From positions 23,077-87,076 of the forward strand of contig QCNW01000006.1 of assembly GCA_003210025.1 (NCBI GenBank): DNA of 64,000 bases, in the 5' to 3' direction. Below the pieces are notes generated by a model, which worked only from the letters and a program-made list of their open reading frames with translations, was not told the DNA's origin and made no database searches. The translations under genes and the position numbers were made by a program. Each line of letters opens with the position of its first letter. Position 1 is the stretch's first letter. Below are positions 1 to 8,973 of the stretch, piece by piece. The DNA comes from Pelagibacteraceae bacterium AG-426-M19 (GTDB taxonomy: Bacteria; Pseudomonadota; Alphaproteobacteria; Pelagibacterales; Pelagibacteraceae).

Positions 1-1
1 A

Positions 2-499
2 AAGCTCTAAAATTCTCTTTTTTGATAAAACTCGCTCAATTCTAAAAGCTAATATTGCTTCCTTTATTTTTCTATCAATACTTACTTCATTGCTTAAGAG
101 AAAGTTCTTTGCTACTTGTTGGGTAATTGTAGAAGCGCCTTCTAATCTTTTTGAGTATATAATATTAAATATATTGTTTTTGATCGCTCTAACAACTCCT
201 TTTGCATCTACCCCTGGATGGTCAAAGAAGTTTTTATCCTCCGCTGATAAAAAAGCGTTTATAACAGTTTGAGATATGGCAGAATATGGTACAAAAATTC
301 TTTTTTCTGATGAAAAATCGCTTACTAAAACACCATTTCCTGAATACAACTTGCTTGATACTGGTGGTTTATAATTTTTAAGATATTTATAATCTGGCAA
401 TTTATTGGAATAAGTCCAAAGAATAGATATTATTAATACTAAAATTAGTAGAGACGACAATAATCCAAATATTAAGAATCTTTTTAAAATTTTTTGCAT
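2..499 (-). CDS. mrcA: Penicillin-binding protein 1A, N-terminal transglycosylase part (runs off the window edge; missed by the ORF track)
   Basis: Manual translation from ATG at 499: MQKILKRFLIFGLLSSLL (TM anchor), then LSAEDKNFFDHPGVD, EGASTITQQVAKN and RKIKEAILAFRIE, the GT51 transglycosylase motifs. Confidence 0.92.
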   Translation of the reverse strand, partial: MQKILKRFLIFGLLSSLLILVLIISILWTYSNKLPDYKYLKNYKPPVSSKLYSGNGVLVSDFSSEKRIFVPYSAISQTVINAFLSAEDKNFFDHPGVDAKGVVRAIKNNIFNIIYSKRLEGASTITQQVAKNFLLSNEVSIDRKIKEAILAFRIERVLSKKRILEL

Positions 500-580
500 T
501 TTAGTTTAAATATCTTACGAATTTGTTATTGTTATGGCACAGAATTTATTAAATAAACTTATGAAAAAATCACTAAAATT

Positions 581-2347
581 ATGTCCAAAAATTTATACAT
601 TGATGCATCGCATCCAAATGAAACCAGAGTCGTTCTTAAAAACAATAATCATATCGAAGATTATGAGTATGAAAGTATAAATAATACTTTAATTAAGAAT
701 AACATCTATCTTGGAAAAGTAAGTAGAATTGAACCATCTTTGCAAGCAGCATTTGTTGATTTTGGTAGAGAGAGACATGGCTTCTTATCTTTTAATGACA
801 TCCAATCAGATTACTATCAACTACCTTTAAGTGATTTAGAAAAAATTAAAGAAGAAGAAGAAAAAGTTAGAGAGGAATTATCAAAAGAGAGCCAAAATAT
901 TGAAGATAAAATTCTTGAAGGTAAAGAAGAATTAAAAATTGATGATCCAGTTGAAAAAAAAGAAGACGATGAAAAAGAAAAAGTAAAGTCTCAAAAAAAA
1001 TTCCCATCTAAAAGATATAAAATACAAGAAGTTATAAAGCCAAATCAAGTAATATTGGTTCAAGTATTAAAAGATGAAAGAGGATTAAAAGGAGCAGCAT
1101 TGAGTACCTTTATATCGATAGCAGGAAAATATATTGTTTTAATGCCAAATACTGCGAAAGGTGGAGGAATATCTAGAAAAATATTTAATCCTGGAGATAG
1201 AAAAAAAATTAGAAATATTTTAAATGATATAACAATTCCAAAAGAGATGGGTATAATTGTTAGAACTGCAGGTTCTAACAAAACTAAGAATGAAATAGAA
1301 AATGACTTAAAAAATTTGATAAAAGTTTGGGATCAAATTAAAGATAATGCTTTAAACTCTATTGCGCCGTCTCTTATTCATCAAGAAAGTGACATTATAA
1401 AAAGATGTATAAGAGATATGTATGATGATGACACTCAGCATATTTATGTTGAAGGAAATGAAGGATATCAGAAAACAAAAAATTATTTAAAATTAATGAT
1501 GCCAAATCAATTAAAAAAAGTAAAAAAATATAGAGATAAAGTGCCTCTTTTTTATAAAGAAAATATTGAAAAGAAGTTATTTGAAATATTTGAAACCCAA
1601 GTTAAATTAACTTCAGGCGGATATCTCGTAATTAATCCAACAGAGGCATTAGTATCAATAGATGTTAACTCAGGCAAATCTATAAAACAAAAAAATGTTG
1701 AAAGCACGGCTTTTGATACAAATATTGAGGCAGCCGAAGAAATTGCTAGACAAATAAAGATAAGGGATTTGTCTGGATTAATTATAATTGATTTTATAGA
1801 TATGTTGAACTTTAATAATAGAAGACAAGTAGAGAGAAAGCTAAAAGAAAAATGTCGAAATGACAGAGCTAGAATTCAGATTGGAAGAATAAGCAATTTT
1901 GGATTACTAGAAATGTCAAGACAGAGACTAAGAGAAAGTAATGTAAAATGGCATATGAAATTAACCGATGAAACTTTTGTTTTAAAAATACTAAAGTTAA
2001 TAGAGATCAAATCATTAGAACATAATGCTAAAATAATTGAATTAACGATAAATGATAAGATTGAAAAACATATAATTGATCATTATGAAGAAGTTGTAAA
2101 ATATTTTGAGAAAAAGCAAAAGGCTAAAATAGATTTAAAAACAAACAATGATTTAAATTTAGAAGACTATATAATTGAATTCAAGTCTAAGACAAAAAAA
2201 GTTTTAGATAAAATAGAAAAAGTAGAGAATCTTAAAGTTATTAAAATCGAAAATAAACAAGAAGATAATGGAATTAAAAATAAAAGTAGAAAAGTTTTTA
2301 AAAAAAGAAAATTTAGAAAAAAATTTTATAAAAAAAAAACTAAATAA
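581..2347 (+). CDS. rne: Ribonuclease E (Rne/Rng family)
   Basis: GNIY-type NIYLGKVSRIEPSLQAAFVDFG, S1 domain with acidic insertion, SIDVNSG and IIDFIDM catalytic Asp motifs, GLLEMSRQR. Confidence 0.94.
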   Translation: MSKNLYIDASHPNETRVVLKNNNHIEDYEYESINNTLIKNNIYLGKVSRIEPSLQAAFVDFGRERHGFLSFNDIQSDYYQLPLSDLEKIKEEEEKVREELSKESQNIEDKILEGKEELKIDDPVEKKEDDEKEKVKSQKKFPSKRYKIQEVIKPNQVILVQVLKDERGLKGAALSTFISIAGKYIVLMPNTAKGGGISRKIFNPGDRKKIRNILNDITIPKEMGIIVRTAGSNKTKNEIENDLKNLIKVWDQIKDNALNSIAPSLIHQESDIIKRCIRDMYDDDTQHIYVEGNEGYQKTKNYLKLMMPNQLKKVKKYRDKVPLFYKENIEKKLFEIFETQVKLTSGGYLVINPTEALVSIDVNSGKSIKQKNVESTAFDTNIEAAEEIARQIKIRDLSGLIIIDFIDMLNFNNRRQVERKLKEKCRNDRARIQIGRISNFGLLEMSRQRLRESNVKWHMKLTDETFVLKILKLIEIKSLEHNAKIIELTINDKIEKHIIDHYEEVVKYFEKKQKAKIDLKTNNDLNLEDYIIEFKSKTKKVLDKIEKVENLKVIKIENKQEDNGIKNKSRKVFKKRKFRKKFYKKKTK

Positions 2348-3113
2348 TGCCTTTATTAGTGGTTGAAGCTGAGCCAAACAAGTTTGGGTTAATTCTCCCA
2401 GATAAAAAAGATTTTCTTCCTGAAATAACTGCTAGTTTCATTGATTCTGCCATTTGAATAGGATCTCTTGCTTTGGCGATAGCTGTATTAATTAGTACTC
2501 CATCACAGCCCAATTCCATTGCAATTGTTGCATCGGATGCTTGTCCTATTCCTGCATCAATTATTAAAGGTAATTTTGTTTGTTTTCTTATTATTCTAAT
2601 ATTTACTTTATTTTGAATTCCAAGTCCTGAGCCAATGGGAGCAGCTAAAGGCATAATTGCAACAGCCCCAGCATTTTCTAATCTTTTTGCCATTAATGGA
2701 TCATCATTACAATAAACCATTACTTTAAAACCCTCTTTTGTTAATAGTTCAGTAGATCTTAAAGTTTCAATCATTTCAGGAAAAAGGTTTTTTTTGTCAC
2801 CTAATACCTCTAGTTTTACTAATTTCCACCCACCTATTTCTCGTGCTAATCTTAAAGTTCTAATTGCATCTTCTGCTGTAAAACATCCAGCTGTATTTGG
2901 TAAGTATGTTATTTTTTTTGGATCTATATAATCCATCAATCTAGCTTTATTCTTGTTAGATATATTTACTCTTCTAACTGCAACTGTAACTATGTCTGCA
3001 CCAGAAATCTTAATGGCTTTAGCGCATTCATTGAAACTTTTGTATTTTCCAGTTCCAACTATCAAACGTGATTTAAAAATCTTATTTGCAATCTTAAATT
3101 TTTTGTCAATCAT
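2340..3113 (-). CDS. thiG: Thiazole synthase
   Basis: SRLIVGTGKY, LPNTAGC, VKLEV, IMPLAAPIGSGLG, DAGIG motifs. Confidence 0.97.
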   Translation of the reverse strand: MIDKKFKIANKIFKSRLIVGTGKYKSFNECAKAIKISGADIVTVAVRRVNISNKNKARLMDYIDPKKITYLPNTAGCFTAEDAIRTLRLAREIGGWKLVKLEVLGDKKNLFPEMIETLRSTELLTKEGFKVMVYCNDDPLMAKRLENAGAVAIMPLAAPIGSGLGIQNKVNIRIIRKQTKLPLIIDAGIGQASDATIAMELGCDGVLINTAIAKARDPIQMAESMKLAVISGRKSFLSGRINPNLFGSASTTNKGII

Positions 3114-3331
3114 TATCCACCACCAATAAAATGAACAATTTCTATTTTATCACCTTTTTTTAATTGAGTTTTAGAAATCTTTCTCTTGTCTATAATTTCT
3201 TTGTTTAGTTCTATAGCTATTTTATTTAATGGCATTTTTAATTTTATAATCAAGCTCTTCAATGAAAATTTAGGCGTTATTTGCATTTGCTTGCCATTTA
3301 CAATTATTTTTATTTTATTTTTAATATTCAT
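3113..3331 (-). CDS. thiS: Thiamine biosynthesis sulfur carrier
   Basis: 72 aa ubiquitin-like protein ending GDKIEIVHFIGGG; TAATG-coupled to thiG. Confidence 0.94.
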   Translation of the reverse strand: MNIKNKIKIIVNGKQMQITPKFSLKSLIIKLKMPLNKIAIELNKEIIDKRKISKTQLKKGDKIEIVHFIGGG

Positions 3332-3347
3332 AGATTATAAGGATTTC

Positions 3348-3791
3348 GTGAGTAAAATATTAATCATTAATGGTCCTAATCTTAATCTAATAGGTGAAAG
3401 AGAACAATCACAATATGGTAGCAAAGATTATAAATACCTAGAGGATATTTGTAAGAAAAAATCAAGTGAATTAAATTTAACTCTTGAAATGAAACAATCG
3501 AATGTTGAAGGAGAAATTGTTGATATTATTCAAACTGCAAGAAACAAATTTGATGGAATTATAATTAATGCTGGTGGATATAGCCATACATCAATTGCAA
3601 TAAGAGATGCTCTAGATATATTTAAAGGCAAAATAATCGAACTTCATATATCAAATATTTATAAAAGAGAGGAATTTCGTCATAAATCTATAATAAGTGG
3701 TGTTGTTACAGGAATAATTTGTGGATTAGGGATAAATGGATATATTTTGGCCATAAATTCTATGCATGAAATGTTGAATGAAAATAAATAA
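3348..3791 (+). CDS. aroQ: Type II 3-dehydroquinate dehydratase (true start GTG 3348, not 3186)
   Basis: ILIINGPNLNLIGERE, QSNVEG, IINAGGYSHTSIAIRDA, ELHISNIYKREEFRH. Confidence 0.95.
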   Translation: MSKILIINGPNLNLIGEREQSQYGSKDYKYLEDICKKKSSELNLTLEMKQSNVEGEIVDIIQTARNKFDGIIINAGGYSHTSIAIRDALDIFKGKIIELHISNIYKREEFRHKSIISGVVTGIICGLGINGYILAINSMHEMLNENK

Positions 3792-4200
3792 AAATATAAT
3801 TAAAGAGCTTACTGAATATTTAAATGAGTTTAATCTTACTGAAATAGAATACACAGAAAAAGATATAAAAGTAAAAGTATCAAAATCATCTGGAGCAAAT
3901 TTAACAACTGTTAAAGAGATAAAATCAGAAATAAAATCAGAAAATACAAAGCTAGATAATATCAGTGGGACTGAAGTTCCATCACCTATAATAGGAACAG
4001 CTTATTTAGCTCCAGAACCAGGTGGTAAAAAGTTTGTGGAGGTAGGGAAAAAAGTTAACAAAGGTGATACAATCATGATTGTTGAAGCTATGAAAACAAT
4101 GAATCATGTGCCCTCTCCAATATCTGGTACAATAAAAAAAATTTGTGTTGAAGATGGTCAGCCTGTTGAATATGGACATACCATTGCAATAATTGAATAA
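3778..4200 (+). CDS. accB: Acetyl-CoA carboxylase biotin carboxyl carrier protein
   Basis: EAMKTMN biotinylation motif; next to accC. Confidence 0.96.
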   Translation: MKINKNIIKELTEYLNEFNLTEIEYTEKDIKVKVSKSSGANLTTVKEIKSEIKSENTKLDNISGTEVPSPIIGTAYLAPEPGGKKFVEVGKKVNKGDTIMIVEAMKTMNHVPSPISGTIKKICVEDGQPVEYGHTIAIIE

Positions 4201-4202
4201 TA

Positions 4203-5540
4203 ATGTTCAAAAAAATTCTTGTTGCAAATAGAGGTGAGATAGCCGTTAGAGTTATTAGAGCCTGTAAGGAATGGGGCATTCAAACAGTCGCTATTCATTC
4301 TGACGTTGATAAAAATAGCATGCACGTTCGATTAGCTGATGAAAGTATATGTGTTGGACCTCATCAAGCTGCAAATAGCTACTTAAATATTCCAGCTATT
4401 ATGTCAGCTATTGAATTAACAAATTCTGAAGCTGTTCATCCAGGATACGGTTTTTTATCTGAAAATTATGAATTTGCAAAAATCCTTGAACAAAACAAAA
4501 TTAAATTTATTGGCCCGTCTTCCTCATTGATTAAAATGATGGGTGATAAAATTGAAGCAAAAAAAATTGCAAAAAGATATGGTCTTCCAGTTATTGAAGG
4601 ATCTGATGGAGGTGTATCTGATTTTAATGAAGCAAAAAAAATATGTGAAGATGTTGGGTATCCAGTTTTGATAAAAGCTGCAGGAGGTGGTGGTGGAAAA
4701 GGAATGAAAGTTGTTACAAAAGAAGAAGAATTTGAAAACTTATTTTTGACTGCGAAAACTGAAGCAAAAAAATTTTTTGGTAACGATGAGGTATATATTG
4801 AGAAATTTTTTCAAAATCCAAGACATATTGAAGTTCAAGTATTATCTGGAAAAAATAGAACAGTACATTTACATGAAAGAGATTGTTCGATTCAAAGAAG
4901 ACATCAGAAATTAATTGAAGAAACACCTAGTCCTTTACTGAATGATAAAATACGAAATGACCTTTTTGATAAAACAGTAAAAATGGTAAGCCAAATTGGA
5001 TACGAAGGTGCTGGCACAGTAGAATTTATTTTTGAGGATGGAAAATTTTATTTTTTAGAAATGAATACAAGAATACAAGTAGAACATCCGGTAACAGAAG
5101 TTGTAACGGGTATAGATTTAATCAAAGAACAAATCTGGATTGCATACGATGGTAACACAGCTTTAAAACAAGAAGATATTAAGCCTAGGGGACATGCTAT
5201 TGAGTGCAGAATTAATGCTGAAGATGTAAGTAAAAATTTTCAACCATCGCCAGGGGAAATTACTATGTGTCATCAACCCTCTGGATTTAGAACAAGAGTA
5301 GATGGTGCGATATTTCAAGGCTATAAGGTAACTCCATATTATGATAGCATGATTTGCAAGGTAATATGTCATGGGAGGAACAGAACTGAAGCCATTCAAA
5401 GAATGAGAAGGTCTCTTGATGAGTTTGTTATTGAAGGCATTAAAACAACAATAGACTTACATAAAATACTTTTAAATCATGAAAAATTTTTAAATTCAGA
5501 TTTTAATGTAAGTTGGCTTGACAAAGAAAAATTGCTTTAG
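4203..5540 (+). CDS. accC: Acetyl-CoA carboxylase biotin carboxylase
   Basis: KILVANRGEIAVR, HPGYGFLSEN, GGGGKGM, ERDCSIQRRHQK, EMNTRIQVEH. Confidence 0.97.
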   Translation: MFKKILVANRGEIAVRVIRACKEWGIQTVAIHSDVDKNSMHVRLADESICVGPHQAANSYLNIPAIMSAIELTNSEAVHPGYGFLSENYEFAKILEQNKIKFIGPSSSLIKMMGDKIEAKKIAKRYGLPVIEGSDGGVSDFNEAKKICEDVGYPVLIKAAGGGGGKGMKVVTKEEEFENLFLTAKTEAKKFFGNDEVYIEKFFQNPRHIEVQVLSGKNRTVHLHERDCSIQRRHQKLIEETPSPLLNDKIRNDLFDKTVKMVSQIGYEGAGTVEFIFEDGKFYFLEMNTRIQVEHPVTEVVTGIDLIKEQIWIAYDGNTALKQEDIKPRGHAIECRINAEDVSKNFQPSPGEITMCHQPSGFRTRVDGAIFQGYKVTPYYDSMICKVICHGRNRTEAIQRMRRSLDEFVIEGIKTTIDLHKILLNHEKFLNSDFNVSWLDKEKLL

Positions 5541-5944
5541 GAAAAGCATTTTTTTAACCAAATATCATAAACGGGATGATCAAATGGTCTAATTGAAGGG
5601 GACGAAGCAAAAGTCCAGTCGTTGAAAATAAAAACTTTATTTTCATCTCTATTAACTGTATCTCTTACTTGCATATATGCTGTAACCTCTGGATCATCAT
5701 CAAATTTTGAATTATTGCATTTAAGAATATTTATAGAAAGATTTTTAAATTTATATTCTCTACCAACTTCAATTTCAATTATTTCGCTTTGGGAATTTAC
5801 TTTATCTAAAATTGTTAGAACTGCAAATTTTTCAGTTTTTGTTTGATTTTCACTTAAAGAATTAATTGTTAATAAATAATAAAAAAAAAAAACAAGTGTA
5901 TAAACTTTAGCTTTTCCAAGAAGTATATTTTTTGTTTGAAGCAT
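5537..5944 (-). CDS. DUF2155-like exported protein
   Basis: Hydrophobic N-terminus, LDKVNS, C-terminal FNDWTFASSPSIRPFDHPVYDIWLKKC; usual position next to NDUFA12. Confidence 0.75.
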   Translation of the reverse strand: MLQTKNILLGKAKVYTLVFFFYYLLTINSLSENQTKTEKFAVLTILDKVNSQSEIIEIEVGREYKFKNLSINILKCNNSKFDDDPEVTAYMQVRDTVNRDENKVFIFNDWTFASSPSIRPFDHPVYDIWLKKCFS

Positions 5945-6281
5945 TTTTACTTTTGTTTTTATTTGGATGATAGGAATTTCCTGTTCCCGTTTGATTTGGC
6001 ATATGCTCTTTTTGCCAACTATATTTGTCTAATTCATGACTATTTTCAATTTTATTTCCTGTATGATGCATCCAGGAATACCATTCACTTGGTATTTTTG
6101 ATGCTTCAACTTCTCCGTTATAAATAACCCATCTTTTTCCTGACTTGCTTTCATAATATTTGTTGCCTGAATTATCTTTGCCTACTAATTTTCCAAACAG
6201 AATTGTATTTAGCCTTGTGCCAAGTGTTTGTTTGTTCCACCAAGTAAAAATTTCTTTAATCATTTTTTTAATTATTTTCAA
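5907..6281 (-). CDS. NADH:ubiquinone oxidoreductase 17.2 kDa subunit (NDUFA12 family); alternative start 6263
   Basis: VGKDNSGNKYY, RWVIYNG, EASKIPSEWYSWMHH, NQTGT motifs. Confidence 0.9.
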   Translation of the reverse strand: MKIIKKMIKEIFTWWNKQTLGTRLNTILFGKLVGKDNSGNKYYESKSGKRWVIYNGEVEASKIPSEWYSWMHHTGNKIENSHELDKYSWQKEHMPNQTGTGNSYHPNKNKSKNASNKKYTSWKS

Positions 6282-6285
6282 TTTA

Positions 6286-6348
6286 TAATTGTAAATTTAC
6301 AATTAGACTATAATTGAAAAATGTATATACATAAATCTTACCAAGATT
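6286..6348. promoter_or_regulatory. Three palindromes in the divergent NDUFA12 / TSCPD-protein spacer (candidate operators)
   Basis: TAATTGTAAATTTACAATTA (6286-6305), ATGTATATACAT (6321-6332), AATCTT-ACC-AAGATT (6334-6348). Confidence 0.4.
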
Positions 6349-6369
6349 CAATTTACAAATAGGATTATA

Positions 6370-7191
6370 ATGGCAAAATATTTAGTTGAAACATATTACA
6401 CATGTAACTTTAAAGTATCTCATTATTTAGATGAAATAAATGACGAAAATCTTAACAATTTAGAGAAAAATGACGACGGAAAATTTGAAATTATCGATGT
6501 CAAACTAGATAATAGAAAAACAAAAAACCTTCAAGATACTAAAAGTAGTAAAGTCGAAATTGTTTCACAACCAATTAATAATCAAGATACTAAAAGTAGT
6601 AATAAATCTAAACCAATGGAAGAAAATTTTAGAAAAAATATAACTGATAATGTAGGCAAAAGATTTAGTATGCCTGATAGAAGAAAAGGTTATATCCAAA
6701 AAGCTTCAATAGGTGATCACAAAGTATATTTGCATACTGGTGAATATGAAGATGGTAAAATAGGAGAAATTTTTATCGATACCAGTAAGGAAGGTGAGTT
6801 AGTAAAGGCTCTCATGAATAATTTTGCAATAGCAATATCATTAGGACTTCAATACGGAGTTCCACTAGATGAATTTGTAAACGCATATTTAGACACAAAA
6901 TTTGAACCTTCTGGTAAAGTTTACGGAAATGATCGAATAATGAGTGCAAGTTCAATATTAGATTATATTTTTAGAGAGCTAGCGATTTCCTATTTAAATA
7001 GAGAAGATTTAGCTCACACCCCATCTATAACTGGTAATTCTGAAACAAATGAAAGTCAAGAAAGTGAAGATCAAAATCAACTAATTAAACTTGTAAAAGA
7101 TATCACAAGCAAAGGATTTGTTAGAAACGATTATAAAAAGAAACTAGTAGATTTATCAGATATAAGAATAAATCTTAAAGGAAAAAAATAA
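6370..7191 (+). CDS. Stand-alone protein resembling the C-terminal (TSCPD) domain of class II ribonucleotide reductase NrdJ; no catalytic barrel
   Basis: [79 protein letters not shown] match the alphaproteobacterial NrdJ C-terminus; only 273 aa. Confidence 0.8.
   Translation: MAKYLVETYYTCNFKVSHYLDEINDENLNNLEKNDDGKFEIIDVKLDNRKTKNLQDTKSSKVEIVSQPINNQDTKSSNKSKPMEENFRKNITDNVGKRFSMPDRRKGYIQKASIGDHKVYLHTGEYEDGKIGEIFIDTSKEGELVKALMNNFAIAISLGLQYGVPLDEFVNAYLDTKFEPSGKVYGNDRIMSASSILDYIFRELAISYLNREDLAHTPSITGNSETNESQESEDQNQLIKLVKDITSKGFVRNDYKKKLVDLSDIRINLKGKK
6531..6602 (+). repeat. 21-bp direct repeat in a protein linker
   Basis: TCAAGATACTAAAAGTAGTAA at 6531-6551 and 6582-6602 (QDTKSS twice, 51-bp period). 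Confidence 0.8.
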
Positions 7192-8973
7192 TTATTTTTT
7201 TCTTTTTGAAATATAAAGTTCTTTAAGTTGACTTTCGTCTACTTCAGATGGTGCATTCATCATTAAATCTTGTGCGTTTTGATTCATTGGAAACATAGTC
7301 ACCTCTCTAATATTTTTTTCTTCTGCTAATAACATCACGATTCTATCTATTCCAGGAGCAATGCCCCCATGTGGAGGTGCGCCATAACTTAAAGCATTAA
7401 TCATACCAGTAAACTTTTCATCCACTTCTTCCTTAGAGTAGCCAGCAATTTCAAATAATTTATACATTAAATCAGGTTTATGGTTCCTGATAGCTCCTGA
7501 TGACAATTCAATTCCGTTACATACAATATCATATTGAAAAGCTTTTAGTTTCAAGGGTTCTGAAAGATCCAAATTATCAGTGTCACCTTGCGGCATAGAA
7601 AAAGGGTTGTGACTAAATTCGATCTTTTTAGTATTTTCATCTATTTCAAACATTGGATAGTCAACTACCCAACAAAATGAAAAAACATTTTCGTCAATTA
7701 AGTTTAATTCATTTGCTAATTTATTTCTTGCATTACTTAATAATTTCTCAACTTCAGATTTATTTCCACAAGACATAAATATTGTATCACCTATTTCAGC
7801 ATTCATTTTTGTCATTATCTCTTTAAGGGATTTGTCAGAAAAAAATTTTCCCACAGGTCCTTTTGCACTCAATTTGTCAGAATTTTCTATAGAAAAATAC
7901 GCAAGACCCGACGATCCTTCATCTTTAGCCCATTTATCAATTCCGTCAAAAAAACTTCTTGGTTTTTCAGATGTGTTTTTTGTAACTATTCCCCTAACTA
8001 TCGATCCTTTACTTACTAATTTTTTAAATATTTCAAAGTTAACATCATCTCTTTTAAAAATTTCAGTAATATCTGCTATTTCCAAAGGATTTCTCAAATC
8101 TGGTTTGTCAGAACCGTATTTAAGCATAGCCGTATCAAAAGGAATTCTGGGAAATTTTTCATGCAGTAACTTTTTAGAGGAAAATTTTTTGAATAAATTT
8201 ACAAATAACTCCTCAACTATTTTGAATACATCCTCTTGTTCTACAAAAGACATTTCCAAGTCAAGTTGATAAAACTCTCCTGGACTTCTGTCTGCTCTTG
8301 CGTCCTCGTCTCTAAAACACGGTGCAATTTGAAAATATTTATCAAAACCAGATACCATGATTAATTGTTTAAATTGTTGTGGCGCTTGAGGTAAAGCGTA
8401 AAATCTACCAGGATTTAATCTACTTGGTACTAAAAAGTCTCTAGCACCTTCTGGACTAGATGAAGTTAATATAGGTGTTTGATATTCTAGAAAACCATAT
8501 TTTTGCATTTCAGATCTAATAAATGAAATAATTTTGGATCTTAAAATAATATTATTATGAATTTTATTTCTTCTTAAATCTAAGAATCTGTACTTTAATC
8601 TAATTTCTTCAGAATATTCTTGATCTGAAAAAACAGGTAATGGTAATTCCTTAGTTCTTGCAAGTATTTTAAATTTTTCAATTCCTACCTCAATTTCTCC
8701 AGTATTTAAATTTTTGTTAATTGTATCTTTTTCTCTAACTAAAACTTTACCTTCAACTTGTAGTACAGTTTCTAATGGAAGTTTTTCAATTTCTTTGAAA
8801 ATCTTTTTACCCTCGTCAATTACACACTGAGTTAGTCCATAGTGATCTCTTAAATCTAAAAATAATAGATTTCCATGATTTCTTTTCTTATTTATCCAAC
8901 CTGATAACTTAATTGTTTGATCTTTGTTATTTAAAGTTAGTTCTCCACAAGTGTGTGTTCTATATTTACTCAA
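7192..8973 (-). CDS. aspS: Aspartate--tRNA ligase (possibly non-discriminating)
   Basis: YRTHTCGEL, RNHGNLLFLDLRD (His as in ND-AspRS), LPQAPQQFKQL, FQIAPCFRDED, PPHGGIAPGIDR. Confidence 0.97.
   Translation of the reverse strand: MSKYRTHTCGELTLNNKDQTIKLSGWINKKRNHGNLLFLDLRDHYGLTQCVIDEGKKIFKEIEKLPLETVLQVEGKVLVREKDTINKNLNTGEIEVGIEKFKILARTKELPLPVFSDQEYSEEIRLKYRFLDLRRNKIHNNIILRSKIISFIRSEMQKYGFLEYQTPILTSSSPEGARDFLVPSRLNPGRFYALPQAPQQFKQLIMVSGFDKYFQIAPCFRDEDARADRSPGEFYQLDLEMSFVEQEDVFKIVEELFVNLFKKFSSKKLLHEKFPRIPFDTAMLKYGSDKPDLRNPLEIADITEIFKRDDVNFEIFKKLVSKGSIVRGIVTKNTSEKPRSFFDGIDKWAKDEGSSGLAYFSIENSDKLSAKGPVGKFFSDKSLKEIMTKMNAEIGDTIFMSCGNKSEVEKLLSNARNKLANELNLIDENVFSFCWVVDYPMFEIDENTKKIEFSHNPFSMPQGDTDNLDLSEPLKLKAFQYDIVCNGIELSSGAIRNHKPDLMYKLFEIAGYSKEEVDEKFTGMINALSYGAPPHGGIAPGIDRIVMLLAEEKNIREVTMFPMNQNAQDLMMNAPSEVDESQLKELYISKRKK

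Noticed and set aside
3186-3347. Long hydrophobic N-terminal extension of aroQ
   Set aside because: It is the antisense of thiS; the AroQ fold starts at GTG 3348.
3113-3347. TPP riboswitch upstream of thiS-thiG
   Set aside because: There is no space and no CUGAGA/GGUG-type aptamer consensus.
3919-3942. 12-bp tandem duplication ATAAAATCAGAA in accB
   Set aside because: In-frame slippage in the variable BCCP linker, with no functional signal.
6282-6369. NrdR boxes upstream of the NrdJ-like gene
   Set aside because: No convincing match to ACACwAtATaTwGTG by eye; a PWM scan is needed.
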